This document shows positions 17,433-26,659 of a stretch of 41,032 nt of DNA, piece by piece. A program made the position numbers and the translations under genes. This stretch comes from Chthonomonas calidirosea (GTDB lineage Bacteria; Armatimonadota; Fimbriimonadia; Fimbriimonadales; Fimbriimonadaceae). The stretch covers positions 1 to 41,032 of the forward strand of contig CAMAPH010000024.1 in the NCBI GenBank assembly GCA_945859975.1, written 5' to 3'. The notes beneath the pieces are model-generated. The model had not been told where the DNA came from, did not search any database, and saw only the letters and a list, made by a program, of their open reading frames with translations. Numbering within the stretch: position 1 is the stretch's first letter; every line of letters begins with the position of its first letter.

Positions 17433-17713
17433 TGGCGAGAGCGTGGCTGGACGATCAGTTTAAGATCGCGATTGGGGTGAGCATTGTGCTCTGCGTCGCG
17501 GGTATCGAGCTTGGGATGTCGCCCGAGGGACCGCGATATCTCTCGATTGTCGCCGCGGTGATTTGGACTCTCGGTGCCGGCTTTACGTTGCGAGCGCTGA
17601 AGCTCCTGATGTACTTGAGCAAGCTATATCAGGTTCGCCGGGCACCCTATTACGCTTGGATTGGCGTGGCAATCAGCTCCTCGATTTTCGTCTGCCTCGC
17701 ACTCCGACGATAA
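17432..17713 (+). CDS. Small hypothetical membrane protein (about 3 TM)
   Basis: 93 aa with three hydrophobic segments; translationally coupled to the previous ORF. Confidence 0.65.
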   Translation: MARAWLDDQFKIAIGVSIVLCVAGIELGMSPEGPRYLSIVAAVIWTLGAGFTLRALKLLMYLSKLYQVRRAPYYAWIGVAISSSIFVCLALRR

Positions 17714-17771
17714 GAGTGGAGGAATTCTCGAGAAGCGCTTGATTGAACAGAAGTGCTGTTGCAATTTTGCT

Positions 17772-18176
17772 ATGCAGAGATGCCGGGGCATGGTCGGGTT
17801 TGTGGCGGTGGGCTGCTGCATCGGCATCGCTGGTTGCATGCAACCTTTGCCGGAGTCAATTCTTCCGGAGACGAAAGTCGTCAAGAAAGACTTCGAAGTC
17901 GCCTTCTTCCTGCGAGAAACCTACGCCACGGACGGATTTGTCTATGTGCTCAAGATCACGAGCAAGCCAGACATCAAATGGCATTCGTACGGTACGTTCA
18001 GCAAAGTCGTCAGTCTTGACGATAAAAACCCGCCCCGGTTGACGGTAACAGATAAGGAAATTATTGTTAGCTACCGCTCTGCAAATGTCTTTGACTTCAC
18101 AAATCGTGCCTCGATCAGGGTTGGTGGAAGGTGGAGAGACGTCCGAATTCGGCTGGTCGAGACCGATAAGCAGTAA
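17772..18176 (+). CDS. Hypothetical lipoprotein
   Basis: MQRCRGMVGFVAVGCCIGIAGC ends in lipobox-like IAGC; the mature domain looks beta-rich. Confidence 0.6.
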   Translation: MQRCRGMVGFVAVGCCIGIAGCMQPLPESILPETKVVKKDFEVAFFLRETYATDGFVYVLKITSKPDIKWHSYGTFSKVVSLDDKNPPRLTVTDKEIIVSYRSANVFDFTNRASIRVGGRWRDVRIRLVETDKQ

Positions 18177-18313
18177 ACGCGTTTCAGGTGTGGCCGAGGT
18201 GTGTCGCAATTAAACAGCAACTAGTATTACCGTAGATTAACAGCAAAAATTGCACCTCGTTCTCATCTGATGACCAGGCTACACTTTTTGAGTTCTCTCC
18301 GCTTGCAGCGATG

Positions 18314-19756
18314 TTAGTCGTCGCTGCTCACGTCACTTTCGGCAGTTTCCCCGAGAAGTAAAGTGGGTTTCTGAGCAGCTTCCTCGAATTTCGAAGCCAT
18401 AGTCGGATTGTTTCTGACGAGCTTCTTTACTGTGACTTCCTGAGCCTTGTCGTTTGCAAGGCGCAAATTTCGATCTGCTCCTATAAGTGCTTCCCGTGTT
18501 TTCTGAAGGTGGTCAATCGACTTGTCAATCTCCTCAATTGCCGTGTTGAATCGACGTGACGCCAAGTCGTAGTTTCTGCCAAACGCAGACTTGAACGCTT
18601 CAAGATCTCGCTCGAAGTTGGTCACGTCAACATTCTGGGCCTTAATCAGAGACAGCTCCGCCTTGTACTGAGCTGCACCCATAGCAGCGTTCCTGAGAAG
18701 TGTGATCATTGGAATAAAGAACTGAGGTCTTATCACGTAGGTCTTCGGGAACCGATGAGAAACATCGACTATGCCAGTGTTATACAGTTCACTATCTGGC
18801 TCTAAAAGCGAAACTAGAATCGCGTACTCGCAATTCTTGTCGTTCCTGTCCTTGTCGAGCTCTTTCAAAAAGTCCTCGTTGCGCTGCTTGGAGGCCGTAC
18901 CGTCATTAGCGTTCTTCATTTCGAACATGATGGAAACGACCTCTGTGCCATCAACTTCAAAATCGCGAAAAACAAAGTCCCCTTTGCTACCGCCCCTCGC
19001 ATCATTATCTTTCTCAAAGTAGGCGCGTGGAAAGGCGGTGGCTCGAATGCGATTGAACTCAGTGTCACAATGCTGCTCCAAAGTCTCCCCGACCATCTTG
19101 GTAGAAAGTTTCGCTTTCAGATCTCGCAGTCGCTCGATGGCCTCATCTCGATCCTTAATTTGAGTCTCATACAGTTCTTTCAAGCTCTTTTCAGACAACT
19201 GTCGCTCTACCTCGGCATGGCCCAACCTGCTCCTATAGTCATCTCGCTCCTTTTCTACTGCACCCACGGCTTCGTTCAGAGCAAGCTGGCGCTCCACTGC
19301 CGCCTTTTCCAACTGAGACTTAAGTTCTGCCAGTTCAGAATCTTTGGCGACAATCGCCAACTGAGACTGTTGCCTTAATTTTGCTTCTAATAGTTCGATT
19401 GCCGCGTCTTTACCTGCCTTGGTGGCGTTGAGCTCCTCTCTAAGCGAATCTCGCTCCCTCTCAATCGTGCTGAGAGCCTGGTTTAGTGCTAGCTCCTTGG
19501 CGACTTCGGTAGCTCCTAGTTCGGCCTTAAGGCGCTCAATTTCGGCCTCCTTTGTTGAAATTTCGTGGCTCAAGGCCATTGTGACCTCAGCCTCCTTCAA
19601 GGATATGGCCAACTGCTTTTCACGTTCGACTTGCTCCAAGCGCTCATGAAGTTCGTGAGCAAACTCACTGTTGCGAACTTGGCGAATAATTTCGGCATAG
19701 CCCGCGTCATCGATTTTGAATGCTTTTGAACAGTGGGGACAGATTATTTCGTTCAT
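18314..19756 (-). CDS. DUF2130-family coiled-coil protein with RmuC-like PD-(D/E)XK-type C-terminal domain
   Basis: MNEIICPHC start; long coiled coil; [38 protein letters not shown] and VIRPQFF. Confidence 0.85.
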   Translation of the reverse strand: MNEIICPHCSKAFKIDDAGYAEIIRQVRNSEFAHELHERLEQVEREKQLAISLKEAEVTMALSHEISTKEAEIERLKAELGATEVAKELALNQALSTIERERDSLREELNATKAGKDAAIELLEAKLRQQSQLAIVAKDSELAELKSQLEKAAVERQLALNEAVGAVEKERDDYRSRLGHAEVERQLSEKSLKELYETQIKDRDEAIERLRDLKAKLSTKMVGETLEQHCDTEFNRIRATAFPRAYFEKDNDARGGSKGDFVFRDFEVDGTEVVSIMFEMKNANDGTASKQRNEDFLKELDKDRNDKNCEYAILVSLLEPDSELYNTGIVDVSHRFPKTYVIRPQFFIPMITLLRNAAMGAAQYKAELSLIKAQNVDVTNFERDLEAFKSAFGRNYDLASRRFNTAIEEIDKSIDHLQKTREALIGADRNLRLANDKAQEVTVKKLVRNNPTMASKFEEAAQKPTLLLGETAESDVSSDD

Positions 19757-19833
19757 GATTCACAATTCCATTACTTTTTTAAGAATTTGTTCAAGCTTAG
19801 CGGGTTTCGCTAGTGGAATTGCTCAGTACCCCC

Positions 19834-19866
19834 AAAACAAAAAATGCCCCGCCATTTGGCGAGGCA
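19834..19866 (-). terminator. Intrinsic terminator downstream of ftsZ
   Basis: Minus strand reads TGCCTCGCC-AAAT-GGCGGGGCA followed by TTTTTTGTTTT. Confidence 0.85.
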
Positions 19867-19923
19867 AGCGTTGGACCAGTTACGTGTTCCCGATCTAGCG
19901 TCGGTTTTCGTGCAGGGCTAAAT

Positions 19924-21042
19924 TTAGGCCGAGCCGCCGCGTTGGCGGCGGAGGAAGGTTGGGATGTCGAGGTCGATCTCGTCGAGATCGATTCGCGGCG
20001 ACATTGCGGTTACCGGGGCGGCGGTTGGCTCGCTGCCGGCATCGTAGAAAATCTCTCGATCTCGCGAAGTGCGAACCGTACCGGCGGAGCTGGTGCCCAT
20101 TCCGGCGGCAAGCAAGGTCACTTGGACCTCGCCTTCGGCGTTATCTCGCAGCACGTGACCCATGATGATGTCGGCGTCTTCCGAATCGGTGAACTGGAGG
20201 ATGTACTCCATGGCCTCGTGGGCTTCGCCGATGCTGAAGTCGGGACCGGCGGAGATGTTGACCAACAGTCGCTTTGCGCCTTCGATGCTGGTTTCCAGCA
20301 ACGGGGACGTCGCGGCGGCCTGGGCGGCCATCTTGGCGCGCTGCTCGCCAATGCCTCGACCAAGGCCCATGAGGGCGATTCCCGCGTTACTCATCACGCT
20401 GCGGACGTCGGCGAAGTCGACATTGATGATGCCGGGGAAGAGGATGATGTCGGAGATGCCCTGGACGCCCTGTCGCAGCACGTCATCGGCGGCGGCGAAA
20501 GCCTGCTGCATCGTCGTGCGCTTATCGACCACCCTGAGAAGTCGGTCGTTTGGAACGGTGATGAGGGTGTCGACCTGGCTCTGGAGTTTTGCAGCGCCTT
20601 CTTCGGCAAGTCGTCGTCGCCGTGGGCCTTCAAAGATGAACGGCTTGGTGACAACGCCAACGGTGAGGATCCCGAGCTTGCGGGCCATTTCGGCGACCAC
20701 AGGGGCCGCGCCGGTGCCGGTTCCGCCGCCCATTCCGGCGGTGATGAAGACCATGTCGCTGCCATCGAGGATGGCTTCGATGTCGCGCTCGCTCTCCAGG
20801 GCGGCTCGCTCGCCGATCTGAGGATCGCCACCAGCGCCAAGGCCGCGGGTGAGCTCATCGCCCAGTTGCAGCTTCAAATCGGCGCGGCTCTGGCTCAGAG
20901 CTTGGGCGTCCGTGTTCATGGTGACGAACTGCACGCCTTCAACGCCTTCGGCAATCATGCGGTTGACGGCGTTCGAACCGGCGCCACCCACGCCGATTAC
21001 TTTGATCGTTGCTTGACTCTCAAATAGATTTTCTGGTCGCAT
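19924..21042 (-). CDS. ftsZ: Cell division protein FtsZ
   Basis: [17 protein letters not shown]; tubulin signature [10 protein letters not shown]7 loop INVDFADV; C-terminal [10 protein letters not shown]. Confidence 0.98.
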   Translation of the reverse strand: MRPENLFESQATIKVIGVGGAGSNAVNRMIAEGVEGVQFVTMNTDAQALSQSRADLKLQLGDELTRGLGAGGDPQIGERAALESERDIEAILDGSDMVFITAGMGGGTGTGAAPVVAEMARKLGILTVGVVTKPFIFEGPRRRRLAEEGAAKLQSQVDTLITVPNDRLLRVVDKRTTMQQAFAAADDVLRQGVQGISDIILFPGIINVDFADVRSVMSNAGIALMGLGRGIGEQRAKMAAQAAATSPLLETSIEGAKRLLVNISAGPDFSIGEAHEAMEYILQFTDSEDADIIMGHVLRDNAEGEVQVTLLAAGMGTSSAGTVRTSRDREIFYDAGSEPTAAPVTAMSPRIDLDEIDLDIPTFLRRQRGGSA

Positions 21043-21123
21043 CGCTACTCAAAAACCAATAAGGCTTCATTGCCCCCGGATATGCCAAGGACGCCGTGCG
21101 AGGCCAAAAAGCGTCAGGAATTG

Positions 21124-21972
21124 CTAGTGAAGTCGCTCAATGCTGAAGCGAGCGAGGGCTCGGAGGGGTTCAACATTGCCGGGGAAGACGGTGAGGCAGC
21201 CTTCGGCCTGGGCGGCCAGCTCTCTCGCCTTGGCTTTCGCATCGTCGAGGCCATAGAGAGCCGGATAGGTTGCCTTCTTTCGCTCGGCATCGGAGCCCAC
21301 CGATTTGCCGGTCTGGCTCGGGTCGCCTTCGACGTTGAGGATGTCGTCGGCGATTTGGAAAGCGAGTCCGATCGCCTCGCCGTACTCGGTCGCCTTTGCG
21401 ACGAGTTCCGTTGGAGCATCCGCGAGCAAGGCACCGATCGCACAACTTGCGGCGATCAGGGCACCGGTCTTGTTCACGTGAATGAACCGTAGGGTCTCCG
21501 GATTGATCTCCTGCCCTTCGCTCAAGACGTCCAGCATTTCGCCTTGAACAAGTCTGCGCACGGCGGCGGCGAGGATTTTGCAGGCTTCCACGTTTCCGGT
21601 GGAAAGCATGATCTCACCGGAAAGGGCAAAGAGGGCGTCGCCGGCAAGGATGGCGATGGCTTCGGTGAATTGTTTGTGGCACGTTGGGCGTCCGCGGCGC
21701 AGGTCGTCGTTGTCGATCGCCGGAAGGTCGTCGTGGATGAGTGAGAAGGCGTGGACCATTTCGATGGCGCACGCGGCATCTTGGGCCACTTTCTCATCGG
21801 CTCCACAGGCCGTGGCGAAGGCGAGGCAGAGCATGGGGCGCACTCGTTTGCCGGGCGACAGCGCGGCATAGCGCATCGCGGCATGCAGCGGGCCGGGGAC
21901 TTCTGACTCTGGCGGTAAAAGTTCCGACATCCGGGCGTCGATGCGGTCTGAGATTTTCCGCCACTTTTCCAC
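21124..21972 (-). CDS. ispA: Farnesyl/geranylgeranyl diphosphate synthase (start uncertain; GTG 21972 preferred)
   Basis: GKRVRP; first Asp-rich motif IHDDLPAID; RRGRPT; KTGAL; second motif FQIADDIL. Confidence 0.9.
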   Translation of the reverse strand: MEKWRKISDRIDARMSELLPPESEVPGPLHAAMRYAALSPGKRVRPMLCLAFATACGADEKVAQDAACAIEMVHAFSLIHDDLPAIDNDDLRRGRPTCHKQFTEAIAILAGDALFALSGEIMLSTGNVEACKILAAAVRRLVQGEMLDVLSEGQEINPETLRFIHVNKTGALIAASCAIGALLADAPTELVAKATEYGEAIGLAFQIADDILNVEGDPSQTGKSVGSDAERKKATYPALYGLDDAKAKARELAAQAEGCLTVFPGNVEPLRALARFSIERLH

Positions 21973-22070
21973 CCCTGCGTATACGACTGTCACGCGTGCT
22001 TCCTCACCCAAGTTACAAAAGTCTACCGGCGATGGGTTAGGCAAGCGTTAATCCCGGTAAAGTCAAAAGA

Positions 22071-23171
22071 ATGATTCAGCTTCGTCCATGGCGTGCCTTG
22101 CGTCGTCAGGCCGACGCAAGCGTCTCCGACGGATTTCTGGGGCCACATTCTGCCTTCCCCTTTCCGCAACTGACCACCTCCGTGAACATTGGCCGGCTTT
22201 CGAGCCCAGAGGGCCAGGCAGATGACCGAAGCAAGTTCATTCGCTACGCTCGATCGGCGGCGCAATTGGCAGACTGGCGACGCACCGCGATTCTCGGAAC
22301 GGGTCGAGAGCGCGCGTTTGTGTTGGATTACGGCACGTGCCGCTATCTCCTGGCCCTGGTGCGGCTTGACGATTTGACGCCGATGGTCTTGACGGACGTT
22401 AACCGGCGAGAGGATCGGCTGCGATTGTTGGAGGCGACGCGCACGCAGCTCGAACCGATCATGGCGTTGACGCAAGACGATCAGTTCGATACTTGGCTAA
22501 ACGGGATTTCGGGCGAGTTGATCGGGAACTTCGGCGAGGCCAATGTTTTCCGGGTCGATGCGGAATTGCCGGAAATTTCGGATGCTTTCATTGTTGGAGC
22601 GGTGGAGGAATATGAGGCTGCGCTTAATTTTCGTCGGCAGCGTTCGAACCTAGAGGAGAATGCGCCCGAGCACTTCGCGCTGGTTGCGCTCGGGTCGTTC
22701 GTGGGTCAAAAGCTCCATCCGTGGTCGGTCGGGTTGCCTACTATTGAGTCGAAGGACTTTTTGGCGAGCGCGCGAAGAATGGGGACTCTGTCGCCGAGAA
22801 CGTCTGAACCGCTTGCCGTTGGCGATGTGGGCTTCCGTGTGGCGGATGGTAGGGCCTTTGTGCTTAGTCCCATTCGGGTGGAGGAACACGTGACCGAAGA
22901 TGACGGTCCGGAGATCGAAATGCTAAAGGATTTTGGAATTTGGATAGGGCACGAGCTGCTGGTTTCCCGAGTTTGGGGGAATCCGGTGACTCGCTTTTAC
23001 GCTCCACCATCTCGGGTTCCGATGCCGACATTAGACTTCGCACCGATTTCTGCCGAAATGCTGAGCGGTTTGGCGCAAAACGGTCTTCGTTTGCCGAGCC
23101 GATGCTTGAGCCTTGATCCTGCGCCATTCTCCGGTGCGGCGATGTTTGGGTATGGAGATTTTGCGCGCTGA
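22071..23171 (+). CDS. Divergent DUF1015-like protein
   Basis: N-terminal LRPWRALR, EDRLRLLEATRTQLEPIMAL and C-terminal LPSRCLSLDPAPFSG resemble the DUF1015 layout. Confidence 0.55.
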   Translation: MIQLRPWRALRRQADASVSDGFLGPHSAFPFPQLTTSVNIGRLSSPEGQADDRSKFIRYARSAAQLADWRRTAILGTGRERAFVLDYGTCRYLLALVRLDDLTPMVLTDVNRREDRLRLLEATRTQLEPIMALTQDDQFDTWLNGISGELIGNFGEANVFRVDAELPEISDAFIVGAVEEYEAALNFRRQRSNLEENAPEHFALVALGSFVGQKLHPWSVGLPTIESKDFLASARRMGTLSPRTSEPLAVGDVGFRVADGRAFVLSPIRVEEHVTEDDGPEIEMLKDFGIWIGHELLVSRVWGNPVTRFYAPPSRVPMPTLDFAPISAEMLSGLAQNGLRLPSRCLSLDPAPFSGAAMFGYGDFAR

Positions 23172-23977
23172 TGGAAATCCGACTGCTTGGCACCGGCGCC
23201 GCAGATGGAATTCCAACTTTTTACGGTGACGACGAGATCTCGCGGTACGCACGTCGCTATGGCGGCAAGGATGTTCGCACGCGGTCGTCGGCGCTGCTTG
23301 ATGGACACATCAAAATTGATCTTCCGCCAGATTCGTTGCACCAAATGCAGCGAGATAAGCTTCGGGCAGCGGATTGGACGGCCCTGATTTTTACTCACGG
23401 GCACGATGATCACTTTGCCCGGCGCGAGATTCAGTACACGCTGTTTCCGTTTACCGACCAGTTGTTCATGCCGTACATCATTTATGGCAACGATCGGATT
23501 TCTGCGGCCCTTCCCGAGGCATTCCCCGACTGGCCGATCGAGGTTCGTCAGACCTTCAGCTTCGAGTCGTTTACCCACCTGGACTACACGATCACTCCGA
23601 TTCGGGCGAGGCACAAAGAGGATGAGGATTCCCAGAACCTGATCTTCCAACACGAAGGGAAGACGTTCTTGTATGCGACGGACACGGGCGTTTGGAAGCA
23701 GGAGACGTTCGGATTTTTGCAGGATTACCGCCTTGATCTTCTCGTTATCGAGTGCACGGATGGGTTGCGAAAGAGCACCTACGAAGGGCATTTGGACATC
23801 GAGGCCTGCGCGGGGGTGGTTGAGGCCCTGCGCGAATCGAAGGTTTTGCACGATAAGAGCCGCGTGGTGACGACTCACCACAGCGCAAAGGGGCTTGCGC
23901 GCCACTCCGATCTGGAGCGGGAACTTGGCAAGTATCGCATCGAACCCGGCTTCGACGGAATGTGCATTCGCATTTAG
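23171..23977 (+). CDS. PhnP-like metallo-beta-lactamase-fold phosphodiesterase
   Basis: LLGTGAADGIP, RTRSSAL, THGHDDH, YATDTG, GHL and THHS motifs. Confidence 0.88.
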   Translation: MEIRLLGTGAADGIPTFYGDDEISRYARRYGGKDVRTRSSALLDGHIKIDLPPDSLHQMQRDKLRAADWTALIFTHGHDDHFARREIQYTLFPFTDQLFMPYIIYGNDRISAALPEAFPDWPIEVRQTFSFESFTHLDYTITPIRARHKEDEDSQNLIFQHEGKTFLYATDTGVWKQETFGFLQDYRLDLLVIECTDGLRKSTYEGHLDIEACAGVVEALRESKVLHDKSRVVTTHHSAKGLARHSDLERELGKYRIEPGFDGMCIRI

Positions 23978-24061
23978 TGCACCGTTTTGGGGGGCTGGTT
24001 CGTGTTTAGTATCAGCCAAAGGATGGGCGGGCGAAGGGCCAGGATGGCCAATTTCGCCTTC

Positions 24062-24099
24062 TTAACGTTCCGCAAACACCCGTCAGCTAACTTTAAGTT
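24062..24099 (+). promoter_or_regulatory. Pho-box-like repeat and promoter of the phosphoesterase gene
   Basis: TTAACG-ttccg-CAAACA, then TAACTT (24088) and TAAGTT (24094) -10 candidates before ATG 24106. Confidence 0.4.
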
Positions 24100-24105
24100 A
24101 ATCCA

Positions 24106-26619
24106 ATGCTGGCGCTGCTGCTTTCTCTTCCCGCACAAACACCGAACTCGACCGGCCGCCTGATCTTGGCGATGGGGTCTCCGGTTCCGATTGGGGGTTT
24201 TCCGGTGAATGCGGAATTGTCGCCGAGTGGACGCTGGATGGCGGTCACGAACACCGGGATTGATCAGCGGCTTTCGATCATCGACACCACGACTGGCCGC
24301 GTCACGGGTGCGCTGAAGTTCAACGGATTGCCGCCGGGGAAGAAATCGGGCAAGGACGGGCTGTATTTCGGTTTGGCGTTTGTGAAGCAACCAGACGGCA
24401 AGTTGATGCTTTGGGCGTCGCACGGAGGTTCGGATCGTGTTGCGGCGTACCGGGTCTCGGAGACGGGGCAACTTGAGGGGCCGGTCGAGACTTACTCGGC
24501 TCCGCGGCCTTTGATCGGGGCGTTGATGCCGCAGTTCTTCGCGGGGGTGGCCCTATCGGCAGATCAGCAGGATGTGTTTGTGCTCGGGAACCAGACGTTT
24601 GCCCTGAGTGACCAGAAGGGAGCGATTGTGAAGTTCCGCCGCGGCAACCCGAAGGCGGTCGCGACGATGCCGATTTCTGGTTTCCCGTTGGATGTTCGCT
24701 ATGTTGCGGCGGCGGGTACGCGACCGGCCAAACTGTTTGCCACCAGCGAGCGTGAGGGCCACGTTCTGGAGATTGACCCGGACACATTGGCGATTCGCAA
24801 CGTGATTCGGACCGGCGAGCAGCCGACGTATTTGAACTTGAATCGGGATGGCTCGCGGCTGTTTGTCACCAACTCAAACAGCGACACGGTTTCGGAGATT
24901 GATACGACCTCGAACAAGATTGTTGCGACTTATCTCACTCGGCCAGTTGCCTTGCGTGGGCTTCCGGGGACCAACCCTTTAGGGAGCTCGCTTTCGCCGG
25001 ACGAGAAAACTCTGTATGTCGCGTTGAGCGATTTGAACTGCGTGGGGGTTTTTGATCGGGCCTCCCGCCAGATGACGGGGATGGTGCCGACGGGTTGGTA
25101 TCCCACCGACGTCGTGGCGTCGAGGTCCGGCTTGCACATCCTGAGCGCGAAGGGGGATCGGTTTAAGAATCCGAACGTGCCGCCGGCGATGATGAAGAAG
25201 CTCGGGATGGAGAATAGCGATTCTGGGTCCGGAATTCGGGCGTCGCTCCGCGGGCTGGCGTACACGGTTCGGGCCTCGCAGATGAAAACTCTGGCGGCGA
25301 TGACGCAGCTCACGCTGCAGTTGAACCACGTTAAAACGCCTCCAACACTGCCGCCCGTTCCGGCGGGGATCAAGCACGTGATTTATATCGTGAAGGAGAA
25401 CCGAACCTATGACCAGATGTTCGGCGATCTGCCGCAGGGGCTCGGGATGAAGGAGCTGCACCTCTACGGTGACGACGTGATTCCAAATCAGCGGGCGCTG
25501 GCGAAGCGGTTTGTGCTTTTCGATAACTTTTACGCTAACGCCGAAATGAGCGCGGATGGCTGGTCTTGGTCCACCGCCGGCATCACGAGCGAATACGTTC
25601 AGCGCAACGCGCAATACGAGTACAGCGGCCGGAAACGAGAGTACGACTACGAGGGACAAAACAATGGGACGCCGGCCGATGCGTACGGTTTGCGGAACGT
25701 GAACGATCCGCCGGGTGGCTACATTTGGGACAACGCACTTCGGCAGAACCGCGAGTTTAAGAATTACGGCATGTACATCGCCCTCGGCGTGCCCCTTCGC
25801 GATCGAGCGGGGCGGCCGATTTCCAATGACAACGAGCCAACGATGCGGGCCTTTGCAGGCCGAGTTGATCCAAACTTCCGGATGTACGACCTGGATTACG
25901 CAGATAGCGATGCTTGGGAAAAGTACGGGCTCACGTATCCGAAACATCGGAAGGAATTCCGGGGTTTTAAGAGCCGGATTGCGGCCTGGCGGGCGGATTA
26001 CGCGCGGTTAATCAAGGCGAAAAAGGTGCCACCCCTGATGCTGCTCCGGCTTGGGAACAACCACACAAACGGCACGACTCCGGGGGCGCCGACGCCCTCG
26101 GCGATGATTGCGGACAACGACTACGCGTTGGGACAATTGGTCGAAACGGTGAGCAATGGTCCGCTCTGGAATCAGACGGTGATCGTGTGCGTGGAGGACG
26201 ATGCGCAGGGTGGATACGATCATGTGGAAGGGCACCGCAGCATCGCGTTCGTGATTCATCCGAAGGTGCAGCGAGCAAAGGTGGAGAGCCGATTCTTCAA
26301 TACCGACAGCGCTTTGCGGACGGTTGAATGGTTGCTGGGGATGAAGCCGGCAAACCAGCTGATGTTTACGGCGAAGCCGCTCGATGTCTTTGAGGCGAAG
26401 GTCGTGAATGGCGAACCGTACAAGGCCATCCTTCCGGCGAAGGCGACTTTCCGGGCGAATACGGCGACGGCGTACCGAGCGGCCGATTCGGCTCGCTTGT
26501 TCCACACTTTCCGCGAAGAATCTGCCCCTGACCGGGAATTGGCAGATATTCTGTGGGGAGCGGAAAAAGGCGCAAATTCTGCTAGGCCAAGGTTAGTTTC
26601 GCGGAGAAATCGAAAGTGA
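24106..26619 (+). CDS. Secreted YVTN/YncE beta-propeller plus phosphoesterase (alkaline phosphatase superfamily) protein
   Basis: Propeller repeats (RLFVTNSNSDTVSEID, TLYVALSD, PTGWYPT); IKHVIYIVKENRTYD, DNFY, SADG and EDDAQGGYDHV. Confidence 0.9.
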   Translation: MLALLLSLPAQTPNSTGRLILAMGSPVPIGGFPVNAELSPSGRWMAVTNTGIDQRLSIIDTTTGRVTGALKFNGLPPGKKSGKDGLYFGLAFVKQPDGKLMLWASHGGSDRVAAYRVSETGQLEGPVETYSAPRPLIGALMPQFFAGVALSADQQDVFVLGNQTFALSDQKGAIVKFRRGNPKAVATMPISGFPLDVRYVAAAGTRPAKLFATSEREGHVLEIDPDTLAIRNVIRTGEQPTYLNLNRDGSRLFVTNSNSDTVSEIDTTSNKIVATYLTRPVALRGLPGTNPLGSSLSPDEKTLYVALSDLNCVGVFDRASRQMTGMVPTGWYPTDVVASRSGLHILSAKGDRFKNPNVPPAMMKKLGMENSDSGSGIRASLRGLAYTVRASQMKTLAAMTQLTLQLNHVKTPPTLPPVPAGIKHVIYIVKENRTYDQMFGDLPQGLGMKELHLYGDDVIPNQRALAKRFVLFDNFYANAEMSADGWSWSTAGITSEYVQRNAQYEYSGRKREYDYEGQNNGTPADAYGLRNVNDPPGGYIWDNALRQNREFKNYGMYIALGVPLRDRAGRPISNDNEPTMRAFAGRVDPNFRMYDLDYADSDAWEKYGLTYPKHRKEFRGFKSRIAAWRADYARLIKAKKVPPLMLLRLGNNHTNGTTPGAPTPSAMIADNDYALGQLVETVSNGPLWNQTVIVCVEDDAQGGYDHVEGHRSIAFVIHPKVQRAKVESRFFNTDSALRTVEWLLGMKPANQLMFTAKPLDVFEAKVVNGEPYKAILPAKATFRANTATAYRAADSARLFHTFREESAPDRELADILWGAEKGANSARPRLVSRRNRK

Positions 26620-26651
26620 TTTACATTCTCTTAACAATTCTTGCCTATAGT
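26620..26651 (+). promoter_or_regulatory. Pho-box-like repeat and leaderless promoter of the prepilin-like gene
   Basis: TTTACA-ttctc-TTAACA (11-bp period), then TATAGT (26646-26651) 8 nt before the ATG. Confidence 0.6.
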
Positions 26652-26659
26652 GAAACTGC

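Noticed and set aside
16890..19830. Prophage or transposon call for the islet
   Set aside because: There is no integrase, transposase, phage gene, tRNA target or flanking direct repeat.
19813..21027. 404-aa plus-strand ORF
   Set aside because: It is the antisense shadow of ftsZ, a common result of biased codon usage.
21069..21088. Sigma-54-like promoter upstream of ftsZ (TTGGCATATCCGGGGGCA)
   Set aside because: The GG-to-GC spacing is 11 nt rather than the required 10.
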